The notes under the pieces: model-generated
What the model was told of the DNA's origin: nothing
The model's database searches: none
The model's input: the letters and a program-made list of their open reading frames with translations, nothing else
Program-made: the position numbers and the translations under genes
Part shown: in pieces, positions 1-9,053 of the stretch
How positions within the stretch are numbered: the stretch's first letter is position 1
Layout: each line of letters starts with the position of its first letter
Assembly: GCA_963845065.1 (NCBI GenBank)
Contig: CAWJQQ010000005.1
Span: 1 to 64,000, forward strand
Direction: 5' to 3'
Origin: Nitrospirota bacterium
GTDB lineage: Bacteria; Nitrospirota; UBA9217
DNA length: 64,000 bases

Positions 1-2249
1 AAACCTACAAACTCGCCATTCGCGGGCGTACCGCAGGCGACAATACTTCCTCGTCCCCATTTCAGCATCAACAACCTTGGCACCGGCAAACACATCCAAT
101 ACACACTGGCAAAACTGGAGAAAAAATCAGGCGCGAAGAGGGCGTTCAAGGAGGGCTTCGCCCTGTCCTATTCCGAGGCGTTCCTGCACTACGGACTGAA
201 GCGAGAAATACGCTTCAAGCCTGCAGCGGAAGCACCCGCTGAGCTGCGCATCCTCGAATGCAAGTTTTTCGACGCACACGGGAGCTTGAAACCTGAGCGT
301 ATCCTTGATTTTCCCGGTTTTCTTGACGCGGCAGAGCGTATCGGTAATCACGAAGTGCGCTGCTATGACGACGTCATGGCTTTTGTCGCCGAACATCAGG
401 ACAAGGAACACCGAGCAGGCGTCATAGCGTCGAAGCTGAAACAGGGGATAGAGAGCCCGGCGGTTGATAAGCTTCTGAAAACCGACCTATACCCCTACCA
501 AAGGAAGGCTAATGTTTGCGGTCCGCACGGGCCCAGTTTGATCGGTGATGACATGGGCCTCGGCAAAACCATTCAGGCCTTGGCAGCCTCGGAGCTGCTG
601 CACCGGCTATCCAATATCGGTAAGGTGCTTATCGTCACGCCCACATCACTTAAGCACCAATGGCGGGCTGAGATCAAGAAGTTTACCAATAAGAGTGACA
701 GCGTGGTCGAGGGCATTAATACAGAGCGGCGCGGCTGATCGAGGAGAATCATTTTACAAAGTCATCAACTATGAGGTTGTGTTCCGCGACGCGGACTCGA
801 TTAAGACGTGGCCTCCGGACTGATCATCCTCGATGAGGCGAGCGGATTAAGAATTGGAATACCCGACAAGCGAAATCGGTCAAGCGGCTCCAATCAATTT
901 TTACCGTAGTGCTACCGGAACGCCGCTAGAAAACAAGATCGAGGAACTGCATTCGATCATCTAATTTATCGATCGGCTCCATCTGGGGCCTCTCTATCGT
1001 TTCGTCCACAATCACCGCATTGTCGACAACGTGGGCAAAGTGACCGGCTACCGTCATCTTCAGGCCATCCGGGAGTCGCTCATGGGAGTTATGATCAGGC
1101 GGACGAAGAACGAGGTGCTTCGGCAGCTCCCGGAGCGCACGGACAAGAACTTTTTCGTGCCCTTGACCCGGGAACAATTCGTGGTACACGACGAATATCG
1201 CGAGGTAGTGGCCAAGCTCGTGGCCAAATGGAGGCGCTACAGGTTTCTGTGCGATGCGGACCAAAAACGGCTCATGATCGCGCTCAACCTTATGCGCATG
1301 GTTTCCGATAACACATATCTGGTGGACAAAAAGACGATACACGGTCCCAAGATCGAAGAGCTGGAAATCATTCTCCAAGAGCTTGTATTGGAGGGCGGCG
1401 AAAACGTGTCATTTTCACCCAGTGGCTTAGAATGGCCGAACTCGTTGAAGTAATATTAAAGAAGAACAATATAGAATACACTTACTTGCACGGCGGTGTC
1501 CCCTCTAAGGGGCGGCGCGATTTGATCACGAAATTCCAGAAAAACCCGAAATGCAGCGTCTTCCTCTCGACCGACGCCGGCGGGGTGGGGCTTAATCTTC
1601 AAAGCGGTTCAGTCGTGATCAACGTGGACATCCCCTGGAACCCGGCGGTCCTCGAACAGCGAATCGGTAGAGTCCATCGGATGGGTCAAAAGAAGCGGGT
1701 ACGCGTGATTAACTTTGTAACCACGGGTTCTATTGAAGAGCGCATCCTCGAATTGCTCAAGTTCAAGAAATCAGTCTTCGCGGGCGCGCTCGACAAGGAC
1801 GGCCAGGACACGGTCTTGGTCGGAGAATCGCAGCTTAATAAACTCATGAAGACAGTGGAAACGATGGTAGGCAATATTGCGGTGCCGACCCAGTTGCGGA
1901 GCGGCAGAGACAAAAAGAAGATGATTTCGCGGAAAAGCTGGCGAAAAGTGACGCGGCAACGACGGCAAAGGTTGTATCAGGGATCAGGGCAATGGACGCG
2001 ATGACAGCTCGATTCCCTAAGCGACTTGCTTCAGAGCGGCGCCCAGTTCCTGATGGGCCTCGGTGAATTGATGGCGAAGCCTGGGGAATCGGCGGAGAAA
2101 CGCCCCAAACCTTGATCAGCCGGGACCAAACTACGGGAGCCGCTTACCTGAAAATACCTTTACCCGAAACGAAAACGATAAAGACCTTTTTTGACGCTCT
2201 CGGGGAGGTGCTATCTCAGGTCACGCATCCCGAAGTAAACAGGAAATAA
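1..2249 (+). pseudogene. SNF2-family (SF2) helicase with degenerate N-terminal SWIM region; multiply frameshifted, 5' end outside the window
   Basis: Fragments in shifting frames give LIGDDMGLGKT (motif I), ILDEA-RIKNW, GTPLEN, FLSTDAGGVGLNLQ and DIPWNPAVLEQRIGRVHR. There are many 1-nt deletions and an in-frame TAA near 962. Confidence 0.85.
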
Positions 2250-2599
2250 TCAGCACAGTAAATACACAGGTGTTAGCTCTGCACTTCAACAACGGCGATT
2301 AGCCCGGATAAACACGACTAAGTCAACAGCTTATGCACCTGGACAGCTTTACACTAGTTAAAATTAATTACAGACTTGAAGAGCATTGTCCCTGCAGTTA
2401 TTCAATGCTACCGCAGAAATCCTCATTCGGGTGGGTGCGCAATCTATATATGGTCAAGATAACAATAATCCTCTCAGCAATGATACTTCAAGTTAAGATG
2501 CCGAAGAATCGGGACAAAAAATTTTCCATTGGCCTTGTAAAGACATCAGAACAGGGATCAGAAGATTAAAGAATAGAATGGCTACGGTTGAAAAGCGAT

Positions 2600-3019
2600 A
2601 TGAATAGGGAATGGATTGACCACTATGAAGGCCACTGGATAGATGGCGCCGGGCGCGAGATACATATCCGTGTCCGCGATAGCAGTACAGCGTACGCTAC
2701 ACTTCTTTTCAACGACAAGCCTGTTCTTCGTCCGTGGTGTAAAAATAAGCCAAGCATAAACATGATATCTCATTATCGTCATGGAAGCGGACCGCAGTTA
2801 TCAGTTGAACTAGGATGCGAAGGGTATACAATGGAATTATCGTATGATCCCCAATATGCACTGCTGCCCGATTCGCCGGAAGCTTTGTCTGTAGGGCTTT
2901 CAATGTATGAGAGCGATAATGTCGCAGAAAAATGCTTCGCTTTATTTTATCCCTTGAAACCATACCGACGAAAGCTACGACAGGTAGCTACGCATAATTT
3001 TTTATGCTCTGTAGATTAA
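2600..3019 (+). CDS. hypothetical protein (possible gene cassette)
   Basis: Open ORF of about 139 aa with protein-like composition; no recognised motif. Confidence 0.5.
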   Translation: MNREWIDHYEGHWIDGAGREIHIRVRDSSTAYATLLFNDKPVLRPWCKNKPSINMISHYRHGSGPQLSVELGCEGYTMELSYDPQYALLPDSPEALSVGLSMYESDNVAEKCFALFYPLKPYRRKLRQVATHNFLCSVD

Positions 3020-3418
3020 ATACTTTATCCTAGGATGGGTTTTCTCGATCGGGCTCATATTAAAGCCGAAATGTACACTAAAGAGTTTTGCTAGAGTCCG
3101 GCCCGGGGAGCCAGAGCAAAAAAGGGTCAATTTCGCCAGAAATTTACCCTTTTTACGTTTTATTCTTCGGTTATATTCTGGTGATTGGCTATCGAAGATT
3201 CGCCTAGCGCGATCGACGAGTATACACTTCATATAGTAATATGCATTTTTGTTGTTAGCTTCAGAATGTAATCTTAATTTTTTTATACCACGATAAAATC
3301 TCACCTCCATCCTGAAGGTGTGGAGTTTCCTTTCCTCGCAACAATCAAAACTACAACCGAAATTAAACACCTGATGCTACCCCTCTAATACGCTCCGGAC
3401 GATTGACATGCCACGGGA

Positions 3419-3505
3419 TTCGCATATAGTCGAGTCATCGTACGGGATGGTCGCGGATCGGCTTCTCCGGAATCTGGATCGTGAAATACGGGGTGAGCCC
3501 TGGCG
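3419..3505 (+). pseudogene. possible collapsed remnant of an integron integrase (intI)
   Basis: Translates FAYSRVIVRDGRG (IntI-like DFxxxQIxVRDGKG), then LDREIRG-SP across a frameshift (IntI C-terminal LNRGGxGVxSP); adjacent to attC-like sites. Confidence 0.3.
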
Positions 3506-3519
3506 TAAACCTCGAAAAG

Positions 3520-3646
3520 TATATACCGGTAGATATACCGCAGGATTCTCGATAAGCTGAAAACCTATCTACCAGTAGATACATCACAGATATATACGAG
3601 TAGATAGAAATATATACCGGTAGATAGCTCTATATACCTATAGATG
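3520..3646. repeat. cluster of five imperfect 16-bp palindromes, consensus TAT(A/C)TACCGGTAGATA
   Basis: Copies start at 3520, 3566, 3591, 3611 and 3631; the last three have an exact 20-bp period. Confidence 0.85.
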
Positions 3647-3671
3647 GCTGGTTCTTTATAGTCAATAACAT

Positions 3672-3718
3672 GTTGGTATCTTCCAACCACACGCTCCAGA
3701 CGGACAAGGCCGCTGAGC
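3672..3718 (+). other. integron recombination-site remnant (GTT core followed by a partial attC)
   Basis: GTTGGTA-TC-TTCCAAC, then GCTC[C]AG...CTGAGC pairing with an extrahelical C; the R' box of the attC is missing. Confidence 0.5.
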
Positions 3719-3751
3719 AGCTCAAAATAACAAAAAATGATTGGAGGCTAA

Positions 3752-4690
3752 ATGAGCATAACTCAGCCAAAGTGTTGGCTCATCAAAACAACTGAGGGCG
3801 GTTCCAAATTACATGATCACTGGGATAAATTCAAATCTGAAAACGTTGTTGCTGTAGGCTGGGATGTTAAAGCTGATCCGCTACTTTTCGACAGTCTTGG
3901 AGAATATCGTAGACATACGAAATTATCAGCTCACGCTGCTTCTACTATTTATAAATTTGCCCATGGCTTGAAGGAAGGTGACACTGCTATTATATGTCGC
4001 GGTATTGCGCCTAATCAAAAACAAGGTGTGTACGTTTATGGTATTGCCCGAATAGGATCATGCTTCTTTGATAAAACATCTAAATGGTGGCACATCAAAC
4101 GAGATGCATTCATAACCCCCCTTGAGCAAACAGTTCCATTAAGTATTTTTAAAACAAGTCTGAATATAGGCTCATCAATGCAGACACTGCAAGGTCCCTT
4201 TTCAGAAAAACAAATCACAGTATTTGCAAACAAGCTAGGCATATCTCTAACACCCAAACATAAAATAAGCAAAAGCACTCAGATTGCTGACGAAGTTAAG
4301 TCCAAAACTCGCGCAGCATCACATGGTGGTGGTTTTGGCTCTCCCGCAAACAACAAACAGATCGAGACAGCTGCTATGCGTTTCGTATCGCGCTGGTATC
4401 GCACAAACGGCTGGAAAGTCACAGATGTTAGCGCTCAATGTTTAGGCTATGATCTGCGATGCCTTAATGGCAGCAAGATATCTCATGTCGAAGTGAAAGG
4501 CTCTAGCGGCCTGAATCACCAATTCATAATTACTGCAAATGAGTTGAAAAAATGGCAAGATGATCCTTTGTTTGTTTTATCTCTAGTCATAAACATAAAC
4601 AACAAACCCACGATGCATCAGTACGCTGGTGCTGGCGCGATGAAGTCCCTTCGCTTTACTGCGCTATCATATATGGCAGTTTCAATCTAA
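3752..4690 (+). CDS. EVE/PUA-like N-terminal domain fused to a DUF3883 PD-(D/E)xK nuclease (candidate modification-dependent restriction enzyme)
   Basis: N-terminal WLIK...WDKFKSENVVAVGW...FAHGLKEGDTAI; C-terminal IETAAMRFV...GYDLRC...VEVKG...TANE; GGAGG RBS; AT-rich. Confidence 0.75.
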   Translation: MSITQPKCWLIKTTEGGSKLHDHWDKFKSENVVAVGWDVKADPLLFDSLGEYRRHTKLSAHAASTIYKFAHGLKEGDTAIICRGIAPNQKQGVYVYGIARIGSCFFDKTSKWWHIKRDAFITPLEQTVPLSIFKTSLNIGSSMQTLQGPFSEKQITVFANKLGISLTPKHKISKSTQIADEVKSKTRAASHGGGFGSPANNKQIETAAMRFVSRWYRTNGWKVTDVSAQCLGYDLRCLNGSKISHVEVKGSSGLNHQFIITANELKKWQDDPLFVLSLVININNKPTMHQYAGAGAMKSLRFTALSYMAVSI

Positions 4691-4700
4691 TCGGACACGA

Positions 4701-4758
4701 ATCCAACCAGCGCGTCGAGTCCGCCGCGAAAAGCACGCGTCTCACCCGCATGTTATAA
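4701..4758 (+). other. attC site (integron cassette recombination site)
   Basis: R'' box ATCCAAC 11 nt after the stop codon; GCGCGT[C]GAG pairs with CTCACCCGC with a bulged base; R' box GTTATAA; 58 bp long. Confidence 0.7.
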
Positions 4759-5050
4759 TGTTACAACCGGTAGTTCACAGTAAATTTGACTTACTGCTTT
4801 AACATGTAGTAGGTGAATCTCGTACAGATTCTAATTTATTTGACGTGAGCACGCGGATGAAAATTATGGTATGATATTCATTTTGAAGTCTGCGCCGTTT
4901 GTGCCATGAAGGAATTAAAGTTTTTTTTGGAGAAATATGCTTCAAGGATTTTTCCAAGCCCGCCTCCTTTATGTTCGTCTTGAAACCTTTCACTTGAACA
5001 CAACGCTAAAATGTGATAGTTTAAAGACATCGTCCATTCGCTGAGACCAA

Positions 5051-5311
5051 ATGGGAAAATACGAAAAGTTACTTGAACAAATACTGCTCGGGAATTCCGA
5101 CGCAAACGTCGATTTTGACGAATTGTGCCAACTGTTGCTCAAGTTGGGATTTGAAATACGCGTGCGCGGGAGCCATCATATCTTTAGGAAACAGGGTGTC
5201 GAAGAAAGGATCAACCTTCAGCGGGACGGCAGCAAGGCGAAAGTCTATCAAATCCGTCAAGTACGATCGGTGATTCTGCGATACAATTTGCGAGGTATAA
5301 CCAATGGATAA
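5051..5311 (+). CDS. hicA: HicA family toxin
   Basis: 86 aa; LLLKLGFEIRVRGSHHIF motif; overlaps hicB. Confidence 0.9.
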   Translation: MGKYEKLLEQILLGNSDANVDFDELCQLLLKLGFEIRVRGSHHIFRKQGVEERINLQRDGSKAKVYQIRQVRSVILRYNLRGITNG

Positions 5312-5516
5312 ATACGAAATCATCCTTTACTGGAGCGAAGAAGATAAGGTTTTCATCGCCGAAGTGCCCGAATTGCCGGGGTGTCTGGCCCACGGAGATG
5401 CGCAGGAATCGGCTCTCGCCAATGCCAAGGAGGCAATCCGGTTATGGCTCGATACCGCGCGTGAATTTGGAGACCCCATTCCTGCACCGAAGGGTCAACG
5501 CCTGATGTATGCATGA
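5304..5516 (+). CDS. hicB: HicB family antitoxin (short form, no DNA-binding domain)
   Basis: YEIILYWSEED..FIAEVPELPGCLAHGD..E.ALANAKEAI..WL motif. Confidence 0.9.
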   Translation: MDKYEIILYWSEEDKVFIAEVPELPGCLAHGDAQESALANAKEAIRLWLDTAREFGDPIPAPKGQRLMYA

Positions 5517-5546
5517 CGGCGTAGACGGTCAGAGAAAGATAGCACC

Positions 5547-5593
5547 AAGCCGGTTGAGGTGTATGAAAACACCTTTGGCCGGCTTTTCTTTTT
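5547..5593 (+). terminator. intrinsic terminator after hicAB
   Basis: AAGCCGG..AGGTGT / ACACCT..CCGGCTT stem followed by a T-rich tract. Confidence 0.65.
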
Positions 5594-6006
5594 GACGTTT
5601 TTAATGAAAAAATCGAAAGTCAAGGAGCAAGACTTGACCTACCAGGTCCCGTATTGTTAAAAGACTTCTGGATACATTTAAGGATCGATTATTTATCAGG
5701 ACAACGATAGCATGCGTGGTCACGATTTGAAGGCTTCCTGTCAAGAGACCCGTCCCACCTCGTGGCGATAAATATATTAGCGGTGTGCCGCATAATGTAT
5801 TGTTTGGACTTAGTGTCGTTGTGCGTTTGAAGGATTCTGCTCAAAATTGAGTTTTTCGCTTAAGCAGTTAACATCGCGTGAAGCGAAGGTTGTTGTTGGC
5901 GTCAGCCCGTTATGGTAACGAAATTTTCGATATCACGTGATACGTTGCAGGCTGTGTTCCCAGGACGGCGCCGCGCCCTTAATTCTATCAGGAGCGAACA
6001 GTCTTA

Positions 6007-8859
6007 ATGAAAATCCTCGAATACGCTGACCTCGATGTCGCAAAGGTCAAGCGGCAGTACGAAAAAACCATCGATTTCCTCTCAAAAGACGATTTCCGTT
6101 CGGCGGACGTGAAAAAACTGTCCGAACAAGGGTTGTATCGCGCAAAGCTCGACGACGCCAACCGCCTGTTGTTTAAAATCATGTCCTTTAACGGCGAGTG
6201 CTATGCGTTGATCCTCGAAACCGTATTGAACCACGCGTATGAGAAGTCGAAGTTCCTGCGAGGTGTTCAAATTGATGAGGCTAAGATTATGGCGGTCGAT
6301 CAGGCGGAAAACGTTGTCGAGGATGCGCCGAAACTCCGGTATGTCAATTCCGGCTTGAAGCGATTTCATTTTCTGGACAAGGCGATCTCGTTTGATCCGG
6401 AGCAACAGGAGGTCTACCGGCTGTCCGCGCCGTTGATCATCATTGGGCCAGCGGGCAGCGGCAAGACAGCGCTTACGCTCGAAAAGATGAAGCGCCTGTA
6501 CGGCAGGATTCTGTACGTCACGCTCTCCAAATATCTTGCGGACAACTCGCGCAGCCTGTACTATTCCCACCATTATGAGAACGAGGAACAGGACTTGTCG
6601 TTTCTGTCATTCCGGGAGCTGATTGAGACCATGCGCATGCCCATCGGCAGAGAGGTGTCGTACCGGGCCTTCGCGGACTGGCTGTTCAGGATCCCCAGGC
6701 AGCAGCGGGTCTCGGACGCGCACCGGCTCTACGAGGAGTTCCGAGGCGTCCTGACCGGCTCGGTCGTGGATGCGCCGTGGCTCAGCAGAGAGGAGTATCT
6801 CGGCCTCGGGGTGAAGCAGTCCATCTTCCTCGACGAGGAGCGTGAACTCGTCTATACGCTTTTTGAGAAATACCTGACCTGGCTTAAGGCAGCAGGCTTG
6901 TACGATCCGAACATCCTCGCGCATGGGTACCTTGCGCAAGCGCGGCCTGAGTACGATTTTATCGTCGTTGATGAGGTGCAGGACCTCACAAATATCCAGC
7001 TTCAGCTGATCCTGAAAGGCTTGAAGCGACCGGAGGACTTTATCCTCTGTGGCGATTCCAATCAGGTCGTGCATCCGAATTTCTTTTCCTGGAGTGGCCT
7101 CAAGTCCATGCTGTACCTTTCCGAATCGCTCGAATCGGGCAAGGTAACGAGGATTCTCCAGTCGAATTTTAGGAACGCGGCGACTGTCACGGAGTTAGCG
7201 AACAAACTGCTCATGATCAAGCAGAAGCGTTTCGGCTCTATCGACCGCGAGACTAATTACCTCATGAACAGCGTGTCGGACACTGCCGGAGAGGTCGTGT
7301 TCGTGAAGGACACTGAACGAGCCAAACGCGAGCTTTCCCGGACCACGAGGAGGTCTACAAAGTACGCCGTGCTGGTCATGCGCGATGAGGACAAGGCCGC
7401 GGCCCGGCAGTTCTTCGACACCCCGCTCCTGTTCAGCATTCACGAGGCAAAAGGGTTGGAGTACGAGAATGTTATTCTGATAAATTTCATAACCTTTGAG
7501 CGTAAAAGCTTTAACGAAATCGTCGAGGGAATCGGGGAGGAGGACCTCGCTGGCGACCTCGAATACCGGCGGGCCCGCGACAAGACGGACAAATCGCACG
7601 AAGTCTATAAGTTCTTCATCAACTCGCTGTATGTAGCCATCACGCGCGCGGTAAACCGGATCTTCCTGATCGAAGGCGATACGGGCCATCCGCTCATCTC
7701 TCTTCTCGGCTTTCAAAATGCGCGCGAAAACGTCGCGGTTGACGAGAAACAGTCAACTGTTGAGGAATGGCAGGCCGAGGCCAGGCGCCTCGAACAGCAG
7801 GGAAGGCAGGAGCAGGCCGACGAGATCAGGCGGAACATCCTGAAGACCCAGTCGGTGCCGTGGGAAATTTGCACGCCAGGCTACGTCGAGAATTTACTCG
7901 TTCGCGCGCGGAACCCGAAGGATGTCTCTCAAAAGCCGCGGAAGGCTTTGTTCGAATATGCATTGTTTTACAATGAGCCACGCCTGCTCGACCTGCTCAG
8001 GCAGTCGGGCTTCGACAAGGCGAAGCCGATGTATATCGGCGCTGGCGACGACCGGGAATTGAATAATTCGATCTATATCCAGCAGCGTGTGGGGCTGTAT
8101 GCTCGGTATTTCGAGGAATACAGAGGAAAATTCTATCAGGGTATTCTGAAACAGTGCGAGACCTACGGCGTCGATCACAGAACCATGTTCAATACGACAC
8201 CGCTGATGCTGGCCGCTTCTGCGGGCAACGACTCGCTGGTCCGGGAACTACTCGCCCGAGGCGCGAATGCGGAACTTACGGACAACTACGGCCGCACCGC
8301 ATGGCAATTCGCGCTTGCGCGGGTGGCTCATGAGAAAAAGTATGCCGCCGAACAGTTTCCACGCGTGCATGAGCTTCTGGCGCCCGGAAGCGTTAGCCTC
8401 AAAGTTAAGGACCGTCTGATCAAAATCGACGCTAGCCAGGGCGAATATTTGTTGTATCAGCTCTTCTTCGCCCTTCTGCACGACCGGCTGAATTCCAGCC
8501 TGACCGACCGGGTTGCGCTCACCGCGGTCAAACTGGCGGAGATGATCGAGTCCCTGCCGGATGGCGTAAGCCCGGCATATCGCAGAAAACGACAGTACCT
8601 TTCGTCAATCCTGTCCAAGAATGAAATCGACAGCACTAATCCCTACGGACGCAAACTTTTTATAAGGCTAAGGACAGGATATTATATTCTGAGCCCAAAA
8701 CTCTCCGTGCTTCATAAAGACGAGTGGGTTACCCTGTATCGTTATGCAGGGCTTGATCTTTTGGAGAAATCGGCAATGGTTGTTGATGAACATTTCAAGG
8801 AGGTGGTTAGTGATCTCCACGCGTGGGAAAGCGAACCCGATGGTGCTCGGTCCGTGTAG
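6007..8859 (+). CDS. UvrD/Rep-like SF1 helicase with N-terminal RelE/ParE-like domain and C-terminal ankyrin repeat
   Basis: Helicase motifs GPAGSGKT, VVDEVQD, GDSNQ, LQSNFRN, SIHEAKGLEY and LYVAITRA; ankyrin TPLMLAASAGNDSLVRELLARGAN; N-terminal KKL...LYRAKL...RLLF...NHAY. Confidence 0.85.
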   Translation: MKILEYADLDVAKVKRQYEKTIDFLSKDDFRSADVKKLSEQGLYRAKLDDANRLLFKIMSFNGECYALILETVLNHAYEKSKFLRGVQIDEAKIMAVDQAENVVEDAPKLRYVNSGLKRFHFLDKAISFDPEQQEVYRLSAPLIIIGPAGSGKTALTLEKMKRLYGRILYVTLSKYLADNSRSLYYSHHYENEEQDLSFLSFRELIETMRMPIGREVSYRAFADWLFRIPRQQRVSDAHRLYEEFRGVLTGSVVDAPWLSREEYLGLGVKQSIFLDEERELVYTLFEKYLTWLKAAGLYDPNILAHGYLAQARPEYDFIVVDEVQDLTNIQLQLILKGLKRPEDFILCGDSNQVVHPNFFSWSGLKSMLYLSESLESGKVTRILQSNFRNAATVTELANKLLMIKQKRFGSIDRETNYLMNSVSDTAGEVVFVKDTERAKRELSRTTRRSTKYAVLVMRDEDKAAARQFFDTPLLFSIHEAKGLEYENVILINFITFERKSFNEIVEGIGEEDLAGDLEYRRARDKTDKSHEVYKFFINSLYVAITRAVNRIFLIEGDTGHPLISLLGFQNARENVAVDEKQSTVEEWQAEARRLEQQGRQEQADEIRRNILKTQSVPWEICTPGYVENLLVRARNPKDVSQKPRKALFEYALFYNEPRLLDLLRQSGFDKAKPMYIGAGDDRELNNSIYIQQRVGLYARYFEEYRGKFYQGILKQCETYGVDHRTMFNTTPLMLAASAGNDSLVRELLARGANAELTDNYGRTAWQFALARVAHEKKYAAEQFPRVHELLAPGSVSLKVKDRLIKIDASQGEYLLYQLFFALLHDRLNSSLTDRVALTAVKLAEMIESLPDGVSPAYRRKRQYLSSILSKNEIDSTNPYGRKLFIRLRTGYYILSPKLSVLHKDEWVTLYRYAGLDLLEKSAMVVDEHFKEVVSDLHAWESEPDGARSV

Positions 8860-8988
8860 TTGCAATGACAATACCTTGCAAATTACCTCATTTCAATTGT
8901 GCATGCTTCTACCAGTATATATGGGTAGAGCATGAGGTTAGACTTTCCTAGTTAAGCATAGAATAAATTATCTTCAAGACTACCCAAA

Positions 8989-9053
8989 ATAGAAACCTCC
9001 TGCTAAAAATTAGTTTATGTGGAAACTAAATTCAAAAGACAGGAGGCTTCTAT
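8989..9053 (+). promoter_or_regulatory. hairpin sequestering the transposase RBS and start codon
   Basis: ATAGAAACCTCCTG (8989-9002) pairs 13/14 with CAGGAGGCTTCTAT (9040-9053). Confidence 0.7.

Noticed and set aside
3002..3370. 122-aa minus-strand ORF
   Set aside because: No motif or RBS, and it overlaps the neighbouring gene; cannot be supported.
3520..3646. Palindrome array as a CRISPR array
   Set aside because: Repeats are only 16 bp with 4-30 bp irregular gaps, and no cas genes are present.
5615..5645. AAGACTTGACC motif resembling RAYT/REP-associated ends
   Set aside because: Too short, and no transposase remnant was found nearby.
5785..5812. Chromosomal dif site
   Set aside because: The XerC-like arm and spacer are present, but the normally well-conserved XerD arm does not match.
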